Assembly: GCA_977030845.1 (NCBI GenBank)
Contig: OZ365115.1
Coordinates: forward strand, 34,720,001-34,784,000
Length of the DNA: 64,000 nt
From: Fimbriosthenelais zetlandica
Lineage: Eukaryota
Reading direction: 5' to 3'
In this document: positions 61,960-64,000 of the stretch, in pieces
How the letters are laid out: every line of letters begins with the position of its first letter
How positions within the stretch are numbered: position 1 is the first letter of the stretch
The notes under the pieces: model-generated
What the model was told of the DNA's origin: nothing
What the model saw: only the letters and a program-made list of their open reading frames with translations
Databases searched by the model: none
Made by a program: the position numbers and the translations under genes

Positions 61960-62900
61960 ATCTTAATATGTCCCGCCCGTACCACTATACATGTACCAGA
62001 GATTGTGAGGATAAAACATTCTAGTTTCTGCCCCCGCCGATGGTGGCGCTCTGAGCTGGTGAGAGGAAACGCTGTGAGTAGAGCAGGGACCCAGGAGGGA
62101 GGCTGGAGGAAGGCAGAGAGAGGGCGGGGACCCGGAGATAGATAGAAAGAACGTAGGAAATCACGACACTAACAAAACATTAGAAAAGATACAATTTGTA
62201 GCGGAGACCCTGGAACGTGTTGACAATATAGGAGGAGTTCTGTACCGTGAAAAAGGGGAATTATGGACGGAGATATTTCTCAATAAGGAGGACGTAACGA
62301 GTGGGATATGGCTTTGTAATTGAAACAAGAACCGGATTTTGAAAGTGATTGGTGGACGCTGCACGGGACCATAAACATTGTGATGACCTGTGCTGGTTGA
62401 CCTCTTGTGACGTCACCATTGAGCAGACGCTGATTTTTAAGATTTGGCGCCAGGAAGCTTTCATCAGGACTCATTGTAATATAACGAGAGTAAGATAGGG
62501 ACCTGATGATACAAACCCACATATAACTTTCCTCGTTCAACTACAGCCGTCCTATTGTTGAGACAGTTGGTGGAAACATTACCTCATGTTACCCATGACT
62601 TTGTCTTGTGTTTTTATTTGTTTGAGAGATAACATGTGGCACCCTGGGACGTCTATCGCCCATTTGATGACGTTTACTCCGAATAAAATGTAAATAACAA
62701 TCAGAGGACGTGAAGTCTCGTACGGGACGAGACTGTGGACGAGATGTGACGTTATCTTATCTTGTCTGCCTTTCCGGGGGAAGGTTACATTTTTGTCGTC
62801 AAAACAAGACATTGTGAGGCGATATTTTACCGAGGGTTTACTCAAAATACGCCGCCAGCTCGTGTATGGGTGATGTGGGCAATCTGACCTTCTGACCTTA
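61960..62900 (+). promoter_or_regulatory. CpG-rich putative internal promoter/alternative first exon region
   Basis: GC boxes (CCCGCCC about 61972; GGGCGGGG about 62122), a CCAAT box (ATTGG 62348), a perfect CRE (62408-62415), a donor candidate AGA|GTAAGA (62490), a DR2 (62885-62898) and the EVI1 site lie immediately upstream of the 135-nt exon. Confidence 0.45.
62752..62766 (-). promoter_or_regulatory. Perfect EVI1/MECOM ZF1-7 consensus site GACAAGATAAGATAA
   Basis: The plus strand reads TTATCTTATCTTGTC, a 15/15 match to the established consensus GA(C/T)AAGA(T/C)AAGATAA, 650 nt upstream of the PR exon. Confidence 0.6.
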
Positions 62901-63124
62901 GATTATCCGGGCCGACTCAATTGTTGTCTGAAGCTCATGTTGGTTGATCCCACCATAAAGAATGTGGCCTTATCATCTCAATGTGTGTCTCAATTTTACA
63001 CTTTATTATTCTCATTATTTGATAAATTAATGTGTACAGTACTCACAGAAAGTTAGGAATAATAATTATGGAGAAATGACAATAAATTTACCTATTCCCC
63101 AAATATGAAATTTGCAACTGACAA

Positions 63125-63270
63125 CTTAGTACTCTTGTATTTAGAGAGGCAATTGAGAATCGTAGCATTTTGAGAGGCAATTGTCTACTCTAGTAATTTG
63201 AGAAGCAAATGAATACTCTAGTAATTGGGAGAGGCAATTGAGTACTCTAGCAATAGAGATAGAATATTTG
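63125..63270. repeat. Degenerate ~28-bp tandem repeat (TTGAGAGGCAATTGAGTACTCTAGTAAT), with related patches at about 31030-31085 (minus) and 48215-48300
   Basis: About 4-5 diverged units are visible; shared GAGAGGCAA and GAGTACTCTAG words occur at the other sites. Confidence 0.65.
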
Positions 63271-63415
63271 AATTTCTTCAATAGAAACTATATAAGCTTT
63301 CTTGCATTGTATCCCTAAATTTAGCGTAATTCAAGATCCAAAAATGTATTCTACTTCATTTCTAATTATAGGCCTAGATTAATCAAACTCAAATATTTCT
63401 CTGTTCACCTTTCAG

Positions 63416-63550
63416 CTGGTTGATAGTTACGGGAAGGTGAAGGGATGGATCGACGCCAGTGAACCCGGAACCGGAAACTGGATGAAGTATGTGCGCAGTA
63501 CGTCAGATCCACGTCATCAGAACGTCATGGCGCTCCAGACGGACGACCAG
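63416..63550 (+). CDS. PRDM3/16: Internal coding exon (45 codons, LVDSYGKVKGWIDASEPGTGNWMKYVRSTSDPRHQNVMALQTDDQ) of a PRDM3/16-family PR/SET-domain zinc-finger transcription factor gene
   Basis: The acceptor is ctctgttcacctttcAG (ends 63415) and the donor is CAG|GTAAGA (63551). The exon is 135 nt, phase 0-0 and stop-free. The peptide has the PR-domain motif IDAS-x5-NWMKYVR-x7-QN-x3-Q and aligns without gaps to the recalled 45-aa exons of MECOM (ILDEFYNVKFCIDASQPDVGSWLKYIR...CQINDQ) and PRDM16. The supplied ORF 63437-63706 is this exon read through into the intron. Confidence 0.9.
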
Positions 63551-64000
63551 GTAAGACGACGTTACGACGTCTTAATATCATCTTATTTCTCTATAAATCT
63601 GTATGAAATCAGCTGTAAGAAATACAGAGACATGGATAGAAAATGGCCTTGTCCTTTCGACATTTCAAATGTCCCATTGGTAGTCAGAAATGTGGGGTCA
63701 ATATAGGCTACTTTACACCAATGTGATCTCAGTCAAAGTCAAAGGACAAAATAGTTGTCCCCCCATGGGTCCTCAGTCTTCATGATTATTTCCTGAATAT
63801 GAAACTGTTTGAATGTTTCTGATATTAGAATTATCAAAAATAAAATCTGAAATTATCATGAAAAAAAAATCGGTAACTGCCGTCATCAAGGAGGTAGATA
63901 TGGTTCTTTATGTTGCTGTCAAGTCCTTTGAGAGAACACGAGTCTAACGGACATCTGCTTCCCCAGAAAACTAAACCAAATATCATCATTCATAATATCA

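Larger units (their letters stand above)
1..63415 (+). other. Probable very long intron (or upstream regulatory desert) of the PRDM3/16 gene
   Basis: No exon encoding the N-terminal half of the PR domain (GLGVW...FGP...GWE-like) was recognised in the window or the ORF track. The region holds repeats and many short CpG-rich, motif-dense islets. This is an inference from absence; small exons could have been missed. Confidence 0.55.

Noticed and set aside
62349-62489. 47-codon stop-free stretch (LVDAA...EQTLI...FIRTHCNITR) faintly resembling a PR-domain C-terminus and ending at a phase-0 donor
   Set aside because: It has no ATG and no acceptor, two stops lie just upstream, and the similarity is only a few residues. 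It is better explained as non-coding leader unless an HMM search shows a significant SET/PR hit.

Overview
This is eukaryotic (animal) genomic DNA, most likely from an invertebrate bilaterian (inference from the repeat types; the species cannot be identified), with three N gaps. It is almost entirely non-coding. The only confidently recognised host exon is a 135-nt phase-0/0 exon at 63416-63550 (+) encoding part of the PR/SET domain of a PRDM3/16 (MECOM/EVI1-PRDM16/hamlet/egl-43) family gene. No upstream PR exon was recognised, so the preceding ~63 kb is most simply read as one very long, enhancer-rich intron. In that intron I see an AG|GTAAGT ratchet-point (recursive splice) signature at 30205/30206 and a 3-nt microexon candidate at 17756. 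A possible internal promoter at about 62.0-62.9 kb includes a perfect 15/15 EVI1 zinc-finger consensus site, suggesting autoregulation. CTCF-, YY1-, RFX-, CRE- and nuclear-receptor-like motifs are frequent. Mobile DNA includes a 3.3-kb P-superfamily-like non-autonomous transposon (perfect bipartite TIRs, 7-bp TSD). It carries degenerate convergent exons, an AGGCCT-saturated interior and a nested 53-bp palindromic mini-element with its own 7-bp TSD. There is also a 1.26-kb Harbinger-like element, a tRNA-derived SINE family whose core has expanded into a minisatellite, an unclassified dispersed repeat and many tandem/low-complexity tracts. Nearly all ORFs in the supplied track are artefacts of low-complexity DNA. 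All counts were made by eye, and family comparisons are from memory and need database confirmation.
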